This document shows, in pieces, positions 45,547-52,837 of a DNA stretch of 64,000 bases (position 1 is its first letter; every line of letters begins with the position of its first letter). Under the pieces are notes generated by a model. That model saw only the letters and a list, made by a program, of their open reading frames with translations, did not search any database and was not told the DNA's origin. This stretch comes from Flavobacteriales bacterium (GTDB lineage: Bacteria; Bacteroidota; Bacteroidia; Flavobacteriales; UBA7312): NCBI GenBank assembly GCA_037625715.1, contig JASJHQ010000049.1:1490-65489 (forward strand), read 5' to 3'. Position numbers and translations under genes: made by a program.

Positions 45547-47838
45547 CTAGTTAATGAATAGTATTTTGGCAACATTTGTCTCCGTTCCATTTTCATTTGA
45601 AGTAAATACCAAATACACACCAGTACTAACCCTAACTCCACTTCCGTTTGTTCCGTCCCATACGGCTTGGCCACCTAAAGCAGTAAATTCGCTTACTAGA
45701 AGGCCATTTATATCTGTTATTTTTACATTTGCATCTTGAACCAGTCCTTTTATTGCTATTGGCCCATTATAGTTTTCTCTTACTGGATTGGGGTATACCA
45801 ATACATTATTATGTGTTTCTTGTCCTTCTATCGCTCCACTTTTGTAAGAAATAAGTCCTTTGCTTGTTCCAATAAATACTTCTCCACTTTCTTGATTAAT
45901 AGCTAATGAGCTAATGTTGTTGGAAAATAAAGGACTATTGGTTTCTGTAAAGTGTTCTAATTGCTCAGAACCATCGCTGCTATATATAAATAATCCTGAG
46001 TTTTGTGTGCCGAACCACTTTCTGTTGGCACCATCAATAGCTATTGCCGTTACTGCTTCGTTATTTAGTATTGGCTCAACATATCCATCCGACTCTACTA
46101 GTATTTGTTGCGCGTCTACTATGTCTTGCTCTAACACACTTTCTGGATTATAAAAAACTGCAATTCCTTTGTCTGTTCCTATCCATATTTGCCCATCTCG
46201 ATCTTTGGCCAGCGAGAAGATTAAGTTGGAAGGAAGCCCTCCTTGTCCGGCTGCAGTTGTAAGATGAATATCTCTATCATCCCCACTTATTTCTGGGGTA
46301 TTATTGTCGTTATATACCAATAATCCACCACCCTTTGCAATATAAAACCACTTCTGGTTATAGTCGTCAATAACCAAATCTCCTAAATGGTCTGCTTGAG
46401 TATTATAACTCTGAATTTTATAAGATTGCCACTCCTTTTCTTTATTCATTCTTGCCAAACCTTTTTCTACTAACGAATTTGTAGCCCACATGTCTCCGTT
46501 ATTGTCAAAAGCTAATCCTTTGACTCTCATTCTTCCATAAGAACTTGACGAAGGTTCTGGGCTTAAGGTTTGTAGCTGCCCGTTTGAGGTAAAAAAATCA
46601 TGACTTTGTTCATATTCATAACCATTTTCTCCGTATTGTAGTTGAATAATTCCGTCATTCCAACTAGCGAGATATAATTTTTGATCTGGACCCTCAAGTA
46701 TAGTGGTAACATCTGCAATGTTGCGACCTCCTAACTCATCATATCTTAAGCTACTCCAGCTATAGTTGTCGAACCAATAAAAGCCCTTAAATGTGCTGCT
46801 ATTTCCCCATATAATAGTTATTCCACCTGGAGACACAAATAATTTCTCGTTAGATGAGCTAAGTGAAAAAACAAAATTTGATTTTGGTCCTTCAGGTTTA
46901 TACTGTCGGTATTTATTCTGTTGTTCTAATAAAACGAGGGACTTATTTCCTTCTGCAAACCAATAATTATCTCCGTCTTTTATTAAATCATTTCCTTTAT
47001 AAATAAATGAAGACTCACTTATTAAGTCTAAGTTGTCGAATTGATTTAACCTATGTATTTTACTTCTAGATAAAACATATATCTGGTTATCTATCTGCTT
47101 AATTGTTCTTAAATACTCTTGTTCGATTACAAATTGTGCAACACCATTGGTGAAACGAAATATACTGTCTGTTTCTTCAATGAAGAAAAAGTCGTCATCT
47201 TTCAACTCTATATTAATAACTTTACTAGTAACGTTGCTAGAAGACCATTTTCGGTAGTCACTTAAATTACTTTCAATTCGACCTTTATAAATCCCAGAGT
47301 CTGTTGCAGCAAATATGCTGTCATTATAAAATGCTAGATCGTTTACTGCTAGTGTTTGATTATTGTTTAAAAAATAGGTGCTTTTTATTTCTTTCTTTTC
47401 CGTGTCTAAACGTACTATACCAAACGAGCAAGATAAGTAGGCATCGTTTTCAAAAAAGGTAATATTATTAATTGATTTTATTCCTAAGATACTCGCTCTT
47501 TTTATGTCGGAAACATTTTCTATTTGATCGTCTCTTATTATGTCAATATTGGCATTTTCATAAGCAACAATTATCAAATCCTGTTCAGGGTCTTTTTTCA
47601 TTGTACTTATGTCTACGTCTGACAGTCCGTTTGCTTTTGACAAGCGATTTATGCTTAGGTTGTTGGTTTCATAATAAAAGATGCTGTTTTCTGTAGCTAG
47701 GTAAATCTTTCCATCCATTTTTGCCACGAATTGACCGCTTTCATATGGCAGATAATCCTTCCATTGTCCAATTTCTACGGCTTGACTAAAAGCGTTAACT
47801 GAAATTATACTTACTAAAAATAAAACAAGATTATTCAT
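45547..47838 (-). CDS. double beta-propeller protein with T9SS CTD (PorZ-like)
   Basis: About 764 aa from ATG 47838 (signal MNNLVLFLVSIISVNAFSQ). The track's longer start overlaps tRNA-Arg. It has many propeller blade motifs (IWIGTDKGIAVF, KWFGTQNSGLFIY, VFIGTSKGLISY) and a CTD VLVYPNPVRENYNGPIAIKGL...VAKILFIN. The PorZ assignment is tentative. Confidence 0.6.
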   Translation of the reverse strand: MNNLVLFLVSIISVNAFSQAVEIGQWKDYLPYESGQFVAKMDGKIYLATENSIFYYETNNLSINRLSKANGLSDVDISTMKKDPEQDLIIVAYENANIDIIRDDQIENVSDIKRASILGIKSINNITFFENDAYLSCSFGIVRLDTEKKEIKSTYFLNNNQTLAVNDLAFYNDSIFAATDSGIYKGRIESNLSDYRKWSSSNVTSKVINIELKDDDFFFIEETDSIFRFTNGVAQFVIEQEYLRTIKQIDNQIYVLSRSKIHRLNQFDNLDLISESSFIYKGNDLIKDGDNYWFAEGNKSLVLLEQQNKYRQYKPEGPKSNFVFSLSSSNEKLFVSPGGITIIWGNSSTFKGFYWFDNYSWSSLRYDELGGRNIADVTTILEGPDQKLYLASWNDGIIQLQYGENGYEYEQSHDFFTSNGQLQTLSPEPSSSSYGRMRVKGLAFDNNGDMWATNSLVEKGLARMNKEKEWQSYKIQSYNTQADHLGDLVIDDYNQKWFYIAKGGGLLVYNDNNTPEISGDDRDIHLTTAAGQGGLPSNLIFSLAKDRDGQIWIGTDKGIAVFYNPESVLEQDIVDAQQILVESDGYVEPILNNEAVTAIAIDGANRKWFGTQNSGLFIYSSDGSEQLEHFTETNSPLFSNNISSLAINQESGEVFIGTSKGLISYKSGAIEGQETHNNVLVYPNPVRENYNGPIAIKGLVQDANVKITDINGLLVSEFTALGGQAVWDGTNGSGVRVSTGVYLVFTSNENGTETNVAKILFIN

Positions 47839-47898
47839 ACCGCAAAATACTAACAAAAAGTATAACATAAATCGTTTAGTTTTATTGTTTAAGACTCT

Positions 47899-47906
47899 TA
47901 TCTTTG
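47899..47906 (+). promoter_or_regulatory. candidate -7 box (TATCTTTG) for tRNA-Arg
   Basis: TAnnTTTG match ending 7 nt before the first tRNA nucleotide, a spacing consistent with the transcription start. Confidence 0.5.
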
Positions 47907-47913
47907 TACCAAT

Positions 47914-47987
47914 GGCTCCGTAGTTCAACTGGATAGAATGTTAGATTTCGGCTCTGATGGTTGGGGGTTCGAGTCCCTCCGGGGTCA
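47914..47987 (+). tRNA. tRNA-Arg (anticodon UCG)
   Basis: Hand-folded cloverleaf. Acceptor GGCTCCG/CGGGGTC, D-arm GTTC...GAAT, anticodon stem TTAGA/TCTGA with loop TTTCGGC (anticodon TCG), T-arm GGGGG-TTCGAGT-CCCTC, discriminator A. CCA is not encoded. Confidence 0.9.
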
Positions 47988-48059
47988 CTTTGTTGATTTA
48001 TACTATTATCAAGTGTATTTCGTTTGTTATTGTGAAACTAATCTTTTTATAAAAACCTC

Positions 48060-48647
48060 ATGAAATACATTGCTTTTTTTTTAATACTATCTAATATGTC
48101 CTTAGCACAAAATAATTCTAATCAGTTTAATTCTATCGTTTTAGGAGGAGGTTGCTTTTGGTGTATTGAAGCAGCTTTTGAAGATGCTATAGGTGTTCAG
48201 TCTGTGGTAAGCGGTTTTTCTGGTGGCGACGTAAAAAACCCTGCTTATCGTGAGGTTACTACAGGCCGCACTAATCATGCTGAGGTTTGTGAGATTACTT
48301 ATGATCCTACTATTATTTCTTTAGACAATCTTCTTGAAATTTTCTTTTTAGTACATGACCCTACCACTCTAAATCGTCAGGGTTATGATGTCGGCTCTCA
48401 TTATAGATCTATTATTCTTTTTAATTCAGCCGAGGAGGAGAAGCAAATATTGTCTTTGTTAGAGATGTACAATAAGGACTACTTTGATAATTCTATTGTG
48501 ACTGAGGTTAAAGCTTTTGAGGCTTTTTATGTAGCAGAAGATTACCACCAGGAGTACTTTAAGCTTAACCAAAACCAACCCTATTGCCAGGCCGTAATTG
48601 CTCCTAAGCTTCAAAAGGCAAGAGAAAAACTAAGTAAATTTTATTAA
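48060..48647 (+). CDS. msrA: peptide-methionine (S)-S-oxide reductase MsrA (with N-terminal signal-like peptide)
   Basis: Active-site motif GGGCFWC and the stretches HAEVCEITYDP and HDPTTLNRQG. The leader MKYIAFFLILSNMSLAQ suggests export. Confidence 0.9.
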   Translation: MKYIAFFLILSNMSLAQNNSNQFNSIVLGGGCFWCIEAAFEDAIGVQSVVSGFSGGDVKNPAYREVTTGRTNHAEVCEITYDPTIISLDNLLEIFFLVHDPTTLNRQGYDVGSHYRSIILFNSAEEEKQILSLLEMYNKDYFDNSIVTEVKAFEAFYVAEDYHQEYFKLNQNQPYCQAVIAPKLQKAREKLSKFY

Positions 48648-49448
48648 ATGCCAGAAGGTCCTGAGGTAAAAATTATGTCTGACTATGTTAATGAAGTGTT
48701 AGAAGGCCATACCATCACTAATATAGAGTGCATTTCTCAGCCCTATCTTGTTAAATACGGCTCTTTGGTTGACTCCATTCAGTCTTATTTGCCTTTTGTT
48801 TTTCAAGACTCTTTTTGCGTTGGTAAGGCTAGTTATATCTTTCTAGATAAGGATACTATTTTCAGTTACCATTTAGGAATGACTGGTTTTTGGTCTACTC
48901 AAAAGAAAAGCCATGCACATTTAATGTTCAAGACAAGTACTGGACTTTTTTTTTACTTTCATGACACCAGGCGTTTTGGAAATATTAAGCTTTTGTCTAG
49001 GCCATTGGTTTTCTTCAACGATTTTTATAATGGAGATTTCTTAAATTATGATTTTGACATAGATTCTTACGCTCTTTATTTATATAACACCATCAATACT
49101 TCTAAAGAAGTGTGTAAGGTTTTACTTGATCAGCGCTATTTTGCTGGAGTAGGTAATTATTTAAAGTCAGAAATATTGTTTTCCTGCGCTATCCACCCTC
49201 ATAAACTTTGGAATAGTCTGTCTTTGGATGAGGTTGTTGCTTTATGTAAAATAAGTAAGTTTATGCTTTATAAGTCTTATAAAGGAGGAGGTGCTCAGCT
49301 TAAGGACTTCAAAAACCCAAGTATGGCGCCAGACTTAAGTTTATTGATTTATGGTAAGAGTCACACCGACAATAATTTGCCTGTAACAAGTGAAATAACT
49401 AAGGACAATAGAAGAACCTTTTGGTGTTCAGCCTCTCAAACACTGTAA
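48648..49448 (+). CDS. Fpg/Nei family DNA glycosylase/AP lyase lacking the CxxC...CxxC zinc finger
   Basis: N-terminal catalytic MPEGPEV and an H2TH region LLDQRYFAGVGNYLKSEILF. The C-terminus is RRTFWCSASQTL, with a single Cys where the 4-Cys zinc finger normally sits. Confidence 0.8.
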   Translation: MPEGPEVKIMSDYVNEVLEGHTITNIECISQPYLVKYGSLVDSIQSYLPFVFQDSFCVGKASYIFLDKDTIFSYHLGMTGFWSTQKKSHAHLMFKTSTGLFFYFHDTRRFGNIKLLSRPLVFFNDFYNGDFLNYDFDIDSYALYLYNTINTSKEVCKVLLDQRYFAGVGNYLKSEILFSCAIHPHKLWNSLSLDEVVALCKISKFMLYKSYKGGGAQLKDFKNPSMAPDLSLLIYGKSHTDNNLPVTSEITKDNRRTFWCSASQTL

Positions 49449-49547
49449 ACAGCTGACTTTCAGCGACTTACGGTAAGGTGGCTAGGGCTTCTTTGCCGAC
49501 AAATTTCATTTCTTTAATACATCACGTCCAAAACAGTCGCCATGCTC

Positions 49548-50438
49548 TTAGAGTTCCCTAAAATCCTTTTTAGCGACATATATTAGGCTTGAGTATTCTT
49601 TAGTCTTAAATATTCCGTTTATGTTTGATAGCATTCCAACACCTATAGCTTTTAAAGTATTTCTTCTTCCTGTTTTTATTTTCTCGCTTAGCATTGAAAC
49701 ATATATTGAGTCAAGCCACATTGCTTTTGTTTCAATAATTTTAAATCCTGATTTATTTAATGCTTTTGCCATTGTTGTTTTGTCAAAATGTAAAAGATGT
49801 CTTGGAACATCGTATGCTGCCCAGTTTTCTTTGTAATGTTTTGCGTCGTAGCTTTTGTAGTTAGGCACTGCGATTATAATTGTGCCGTCGTCTTTAAGTA
49901 GTTTTCTTATTTTTTCTGTTGTTTCTTTAAGGTTTGGTACGTGTTCTAAGACGTGCCACATCATTATTATATCTTGGCTTTTGTCTTTTAGTTCTGCTTT
50001 GTCTACATCCTCGATTAGATTTAGATTAAGATTTTTCTTTGCATTTATTCTTGCTCTATCGCTTGGTTCTACGCCTGTTGTTGTCCACCCAGCTTTTTTG
50101 CAGGCGTCTAATAGTTCGCCTGTCCCAGACCCTATTTCAAGTAGGTTTCCTCTCTTGTTACCTATTGTTGTTAGTTTCGATCGTATGTTTACAAAGCGCG
50201 CTATTTTGTATAGTCTATTAAACCAGCCTTTGTTACTGCTTGTATGAGAAATGTATTCATTAGACTCGTAGTATTTTCCAAGATCATCAATTTTTGGTCT
50301 TGGGTTTGTAAATAGTAATTCGCATGCATTACACTTTACGATTTCAAATATCTCATTACTAACGGTATTGTCTTTGCATCTTATGAAATCTTGAAATATT
50401 GTATTCTCACAGGAAGGACACTTGTTAAGGGTTTCCAT
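49548..50438 (-). CDS. class I SAM-dependent methyltransferase with N-terminal Cys4 zinc-ribbon
   Basis: CPSCEN...CNACEL zinc ribbon and SAM motif I LLEIGSGTGELL, followed by DIIMMWHVLEHV. Confidence 0.8.
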   Translation of the reverse strand: METLNKCPSCENTIFQDFIRCKDNTVSNEIFEIVKCNACELLFTNPRPKIDDLGKYYESNEYISHTSSNKGWFNRLYKIARFVNIRSKLTTIGNKRGNLLEIGSGTGELLDACKKAGWTTTGVEPSDRARINAKKNLNLNLIEDVDKAELKDKSQDIIMMWHVLEHVPNLKETTEKIRKLLKDDGTIIIAVPNYKSYDAKHYKENWAAYDVPRHLLHFDKTTMAKALNKSGFKIIETKAMWLDSIYVSMLSEKIKTGRRNTLKAIGVGMLSNINGIFKTKEYSSLIYVAKKDFREL

Positions 50439-50450
50439 TTGTTTGTTATT

Positions 50451-50466
50451 TGTTTCACGTGGAACA
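50451..50466. promoter_or_regulatory. parS: parS (ParB-binding centromere-like site), perfect consensus
   Basis: The plus strand reads TGTTTCACGTGGAACA. Its reverse complement TGTTCCACGTGAAACA is an exact match to the widely conserved parS consensus TGTTNCACGTGAAACA. It lies 12 nt upstream of the methyltransferase ATG (50438). Confidence 0.8.
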
Positions 50467-50514
50467 TAGTTCGGCGTGAAGGTTAAGTATGTTTTGTAAA
50501 ATTAAAAAATTTGA

Positions 50515-50530
50515 TGTTCCACGTGGAACT
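50515..50530. promoter_or_regulatory. parS: parS-like site (14/16 match)
   Basis: TGTTCCACGTGGAACT differs from the consensus at positions 12 and 16. The inner 14 bp GTTCCACGTGGAAC is a perfect palindrome. It abuts the mnmG stop codon (50531-50533). The centre-to-centre distance to the first site is 64 bp. Confidence 0.6.
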
Positions 50531-52393
50531 TTATCTTCCCATAAACACTAAAAGCACATTGATGTCTGATGGAGAAACCCCACTGATTCTGGTTGCTTGA
50601 CCGATTGTGGTGGGCTGTATGGTGCTAAGTTTTTCTCTAGATTCTAAAGAAATGGCCGCTACTTTTTTGTAGTCGAATGAGCTTGGAATTCTTATGTTTT
50701 CTAGTTTGCTGACTTTTTTAACTGTTTCGTTCTCTCTTTGAATGTAGCCGTTGTATTTTATTTGTATTTCAGCTTGTTCAAGTCCTTCTTTAGAGATTTT
50801 TTTGTAAAGGGTTTTTATGCTCTGTATTTCTTTTAAGTCCTCTATCTTGATTTGAGGTCTGCTTAAGATTTTGCCAGCTCTAGTTTTTTGTTTGACTTCT
50901 GCGCTGTCATTGTTTTGCAAAATGGGGTTAATTTCTTGTGGCTCAAGATTTGTTTTTTCAAAGAAAGAGATTGCTTCTTTTGTGTTCTTTAGCTTATTGT
51001 CCAGCTTCTTCATTCGTTCGCTGCCTACCAAACCTATTTTTCGACCAATTTCTGTTAGTCTTAAGTCTGCATTATCTTGTCTTAATAATATCCTGTATTC
51101 TGCTCTTGAAGTAAACATTCTGTATGGCTCGTCCGTTCCTTTTGTAACTAGGTCGTCTATTAAAACTCCTATATAAGCTTCCGATCGTTTAAGGATAAAG
51201 GCCTCTTCATTGTTGCAGAGTCTGTGTGCGTTTATTCCAGCCATAAGACCCTGACAAGCTGCTTCTTCGTATCCTGTCGTTCCGTTAATTTGGCCAGCAA
51301 AAAATAAATTATCGACTAGTTTAGTTTCAAGACTCAATTTCAGTTGAGTCGGCGGAAAGTAATCGTATTCTATAGCATAGCCTGGTCTAAATATTTTCGC
51401 ATTTTCAAAGCCAGGTATTAGTTTAATAGCTTCGTGCTGTACGTTTTCTGGAAGCGATGTAGAGAATCCGTTAATATACATTTCAACAGTATTCCAACCT
51501 TCAGGCTCAACAAAAATTTGATGCCTGTCTCTTTCTGAAAATCGTTCAATCTTGTCCTCAATTGAAGGGCAGTATCTCGGACCTAACCCTTGTATTCTTC
51601 CAGAAAACATTGGAGATTTTTCAAATCCAGTTTTTAATATGTCGTGTACGTCTTGATTTGTATATGTTATGTGACAGCTTCTTTGGTTTTCTAATTTTGG
51701 AGTGTCCATAAATGAGAATTTGCCTGGATTTTCATCGCCAGGTTGTTCTTCCATCTTTGCGAAGTCTAAAGATCTTCCGTCTACTCTTGGAGGAGTGCCG
51801 GTTTTCATTCTTCCGCTTTCGAAACCAATTCTTTCCAATGTTTCGGTTAGTCCAGTAGCAGCCCTTTCTCCACTTCTTCCTCCACCAAATTGCTTTTCTC
51901 CAATATGTATAAGTCCGTTAAGGAACGTCCCGTTTGTAAGAATGACTGTTTTGCTTTCAATTTCGATACCCATTGACGTAATAACGCCACATACTTTATT
52001 GTTTTTAACGATGAGGTCAGAAACCATGTCTTGCCAAAAGTCTACGTTGGGTGTTTTTTCTAACATTAGTCTCCATTCTTCCGCAAATCGCATTCTATCA
52101 CTTTGAGCTCTCGGACTCCACATTGCTGGACCTTTAGACCTATTAAGCATTCTGAACTGAATCATTGTTTTATCGGTAATGATTCCAGAATATCCGCCTA
52201 AGGCATCAATTTCTCTTACAATCTGTCCTTTAGCAACCCCACCCATAGCCGGATTGCACGACATTTGTGCTATGGTTTGCATATTCATTGTTACCAATAA
52301 AACTTTAGAACCAAGGTTTGCTGCCGCCGCCGCCGCTTCACAACCAGCATGCCCTCCTCCAACTACTATAACGTCGTATTTTTCTTTAAACAT
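50531..52393 (-). CDS. mnmG: tRNA uridine-5-carboxymethylaminomethyl(34) synthesis enzyme MnmG (GidA)
   Basis: FAD motif YDVIVVGGGHAGCEAA plus GPRYCPSIEDK and FFAGQINGTTGYEEAA; full-length 620 aa. Confidence 0.97.
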   Translation of the reverse strand: MFKEKYDVIVVGGGHAGCEAAAAAANLGSKVLLVTMNMQTIAQMSCNPAMGGVAKGQIVREIDALGGYSGIITDKTMIQFRMLNRSKGPAMWSPRAQSDRMRFAEEWRLMLEKTPNVDFWQDMVSDLIVKNNKVCGVITSMGIEIESKTVILTNGTFLNGLIHIGEKQFGGGRSGERAATGLTETLERIGFESGRMKTGTPPRVDGRSLDFAKMEEQPGDENPGKFSFMDTPKLENQRSCHITYTNQDVHDILKTGFEKSPMFSGRIQGLGPRYCPSIEDKIERFSERDRHQIFVEPEGWNTVEMYINGFSTSLPENVQHEAIKLIPGFENAKIFRPGYAIEYDYFPPTQLKLSLETKLVDNLFFAGQINGTTGYEEAACQGLMAGINAHRLCNNEEAFILKRSEAYIGVLIDDLVTKGTDEPYRMFTSRAEYRILLRQDNADLRLTEIGRKIGLVGSERMKKLDNKLKNTKEAISFFEKTNLEPQEINPILQNNDSAEVKQKTRAGKILSRPQIKIEDLKEIQSIKTLYKKISKEGLEQAEIQIKYNGYIQRENETVKKVSKLENIRIPSSFDYKKVAAISLESREKLSTIQPTTIGQATRISGVSPSDINVLLVFMGR

Positions 52394-52414
52394 AAAATAT
52401 TGATAATCAGTATG

Positions 52415-52837
52415 TTAGCTTATTTTTGAAAGATAATAATCCTCTTTATTTCTCATTGTAACTTGATCTTCTTCTGCTTTGTCTTTGTAACCCATTAGGT
52501 GCAAGTGACCATGAATAATAACCCTATTTAATTCTTGTTCAAATGTAACGTTAAAATCATTGCTATTGTCTAGCACTCTTTCTACGCTTATAAAAATATC
52601 TCCACTTATAGTGTTTAACTCCGAGTAGTCGAATGTGATAATGTCTGTAAGTGTGTCGTGATTTAAATATGTATTGTTTTTTTCTAAAAGACTTTTGTCG
52701 TCACAAAAAATAATATTTATCTCTCCCAATTCTTTTCCTTCCTCAATAATTGAGGATATTATCCAGTCTCTTTTTTTGTCTTCTTTGTCTAAAATGAAAT
52801 CCGTTAGACTATGAAAATGTATACTATTGTCTATCAT
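52415..52837 (-). CDS. ybeY: rRNA maturation RNase YbeY
   Basis: Zinc motif HGHLHLMGYKD and a size of 140 aa. Confidence 0.9.
   Translation of the reverse strand: MIDNSIHFHSLTDFILDKEDKKRDWIISSIIEEGKELGEINIIFCDDKSLLEKNNTYLNHDTLTDIITFDYSELNTISGDIFISVERVLDNSNDFNVTFEQELNRVIIHGHLHLMGYKDKAEEDQVTMRNKEDYYLSKIS

Noticed and set aside
47839-47928. Longer start of the PorZ-like ORF
   Set aside because: It would overlap tRNA-Arg (47914-47987) and its promoter. ATG 47838 gives a normal signal peptide.
49449-49547. Slightly GC-richer 99-bp spacer between the convergent nei-like and methyltransferase genes as a gene remnant or sRNA
   Set aside because: It has only two 5-bp hairpins (GCTGA/TCAGC, CTTAC/GTAAG) and a 9-codon ORF. 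That is insufficient evidence beyond weak convergent terminators.
47988-50450. Genomic island inserted at tRNA-Arg (msrA, nei-like, methyltransferase)
   Set aside because: I saw no integrase, no direct repeat of the tRNA 3' end downstream, and no obvious composition shift by eye. The gene content is housekeeping-like.
50451-50530. CACGTG palindromes as operators of an unknown transcription factor, or as one long hairpin
   Set aside because: The exact identity to the conserved parS consensus is a simpler explanation. A regulatory side-effect of ParB binding is still noted in the finding.
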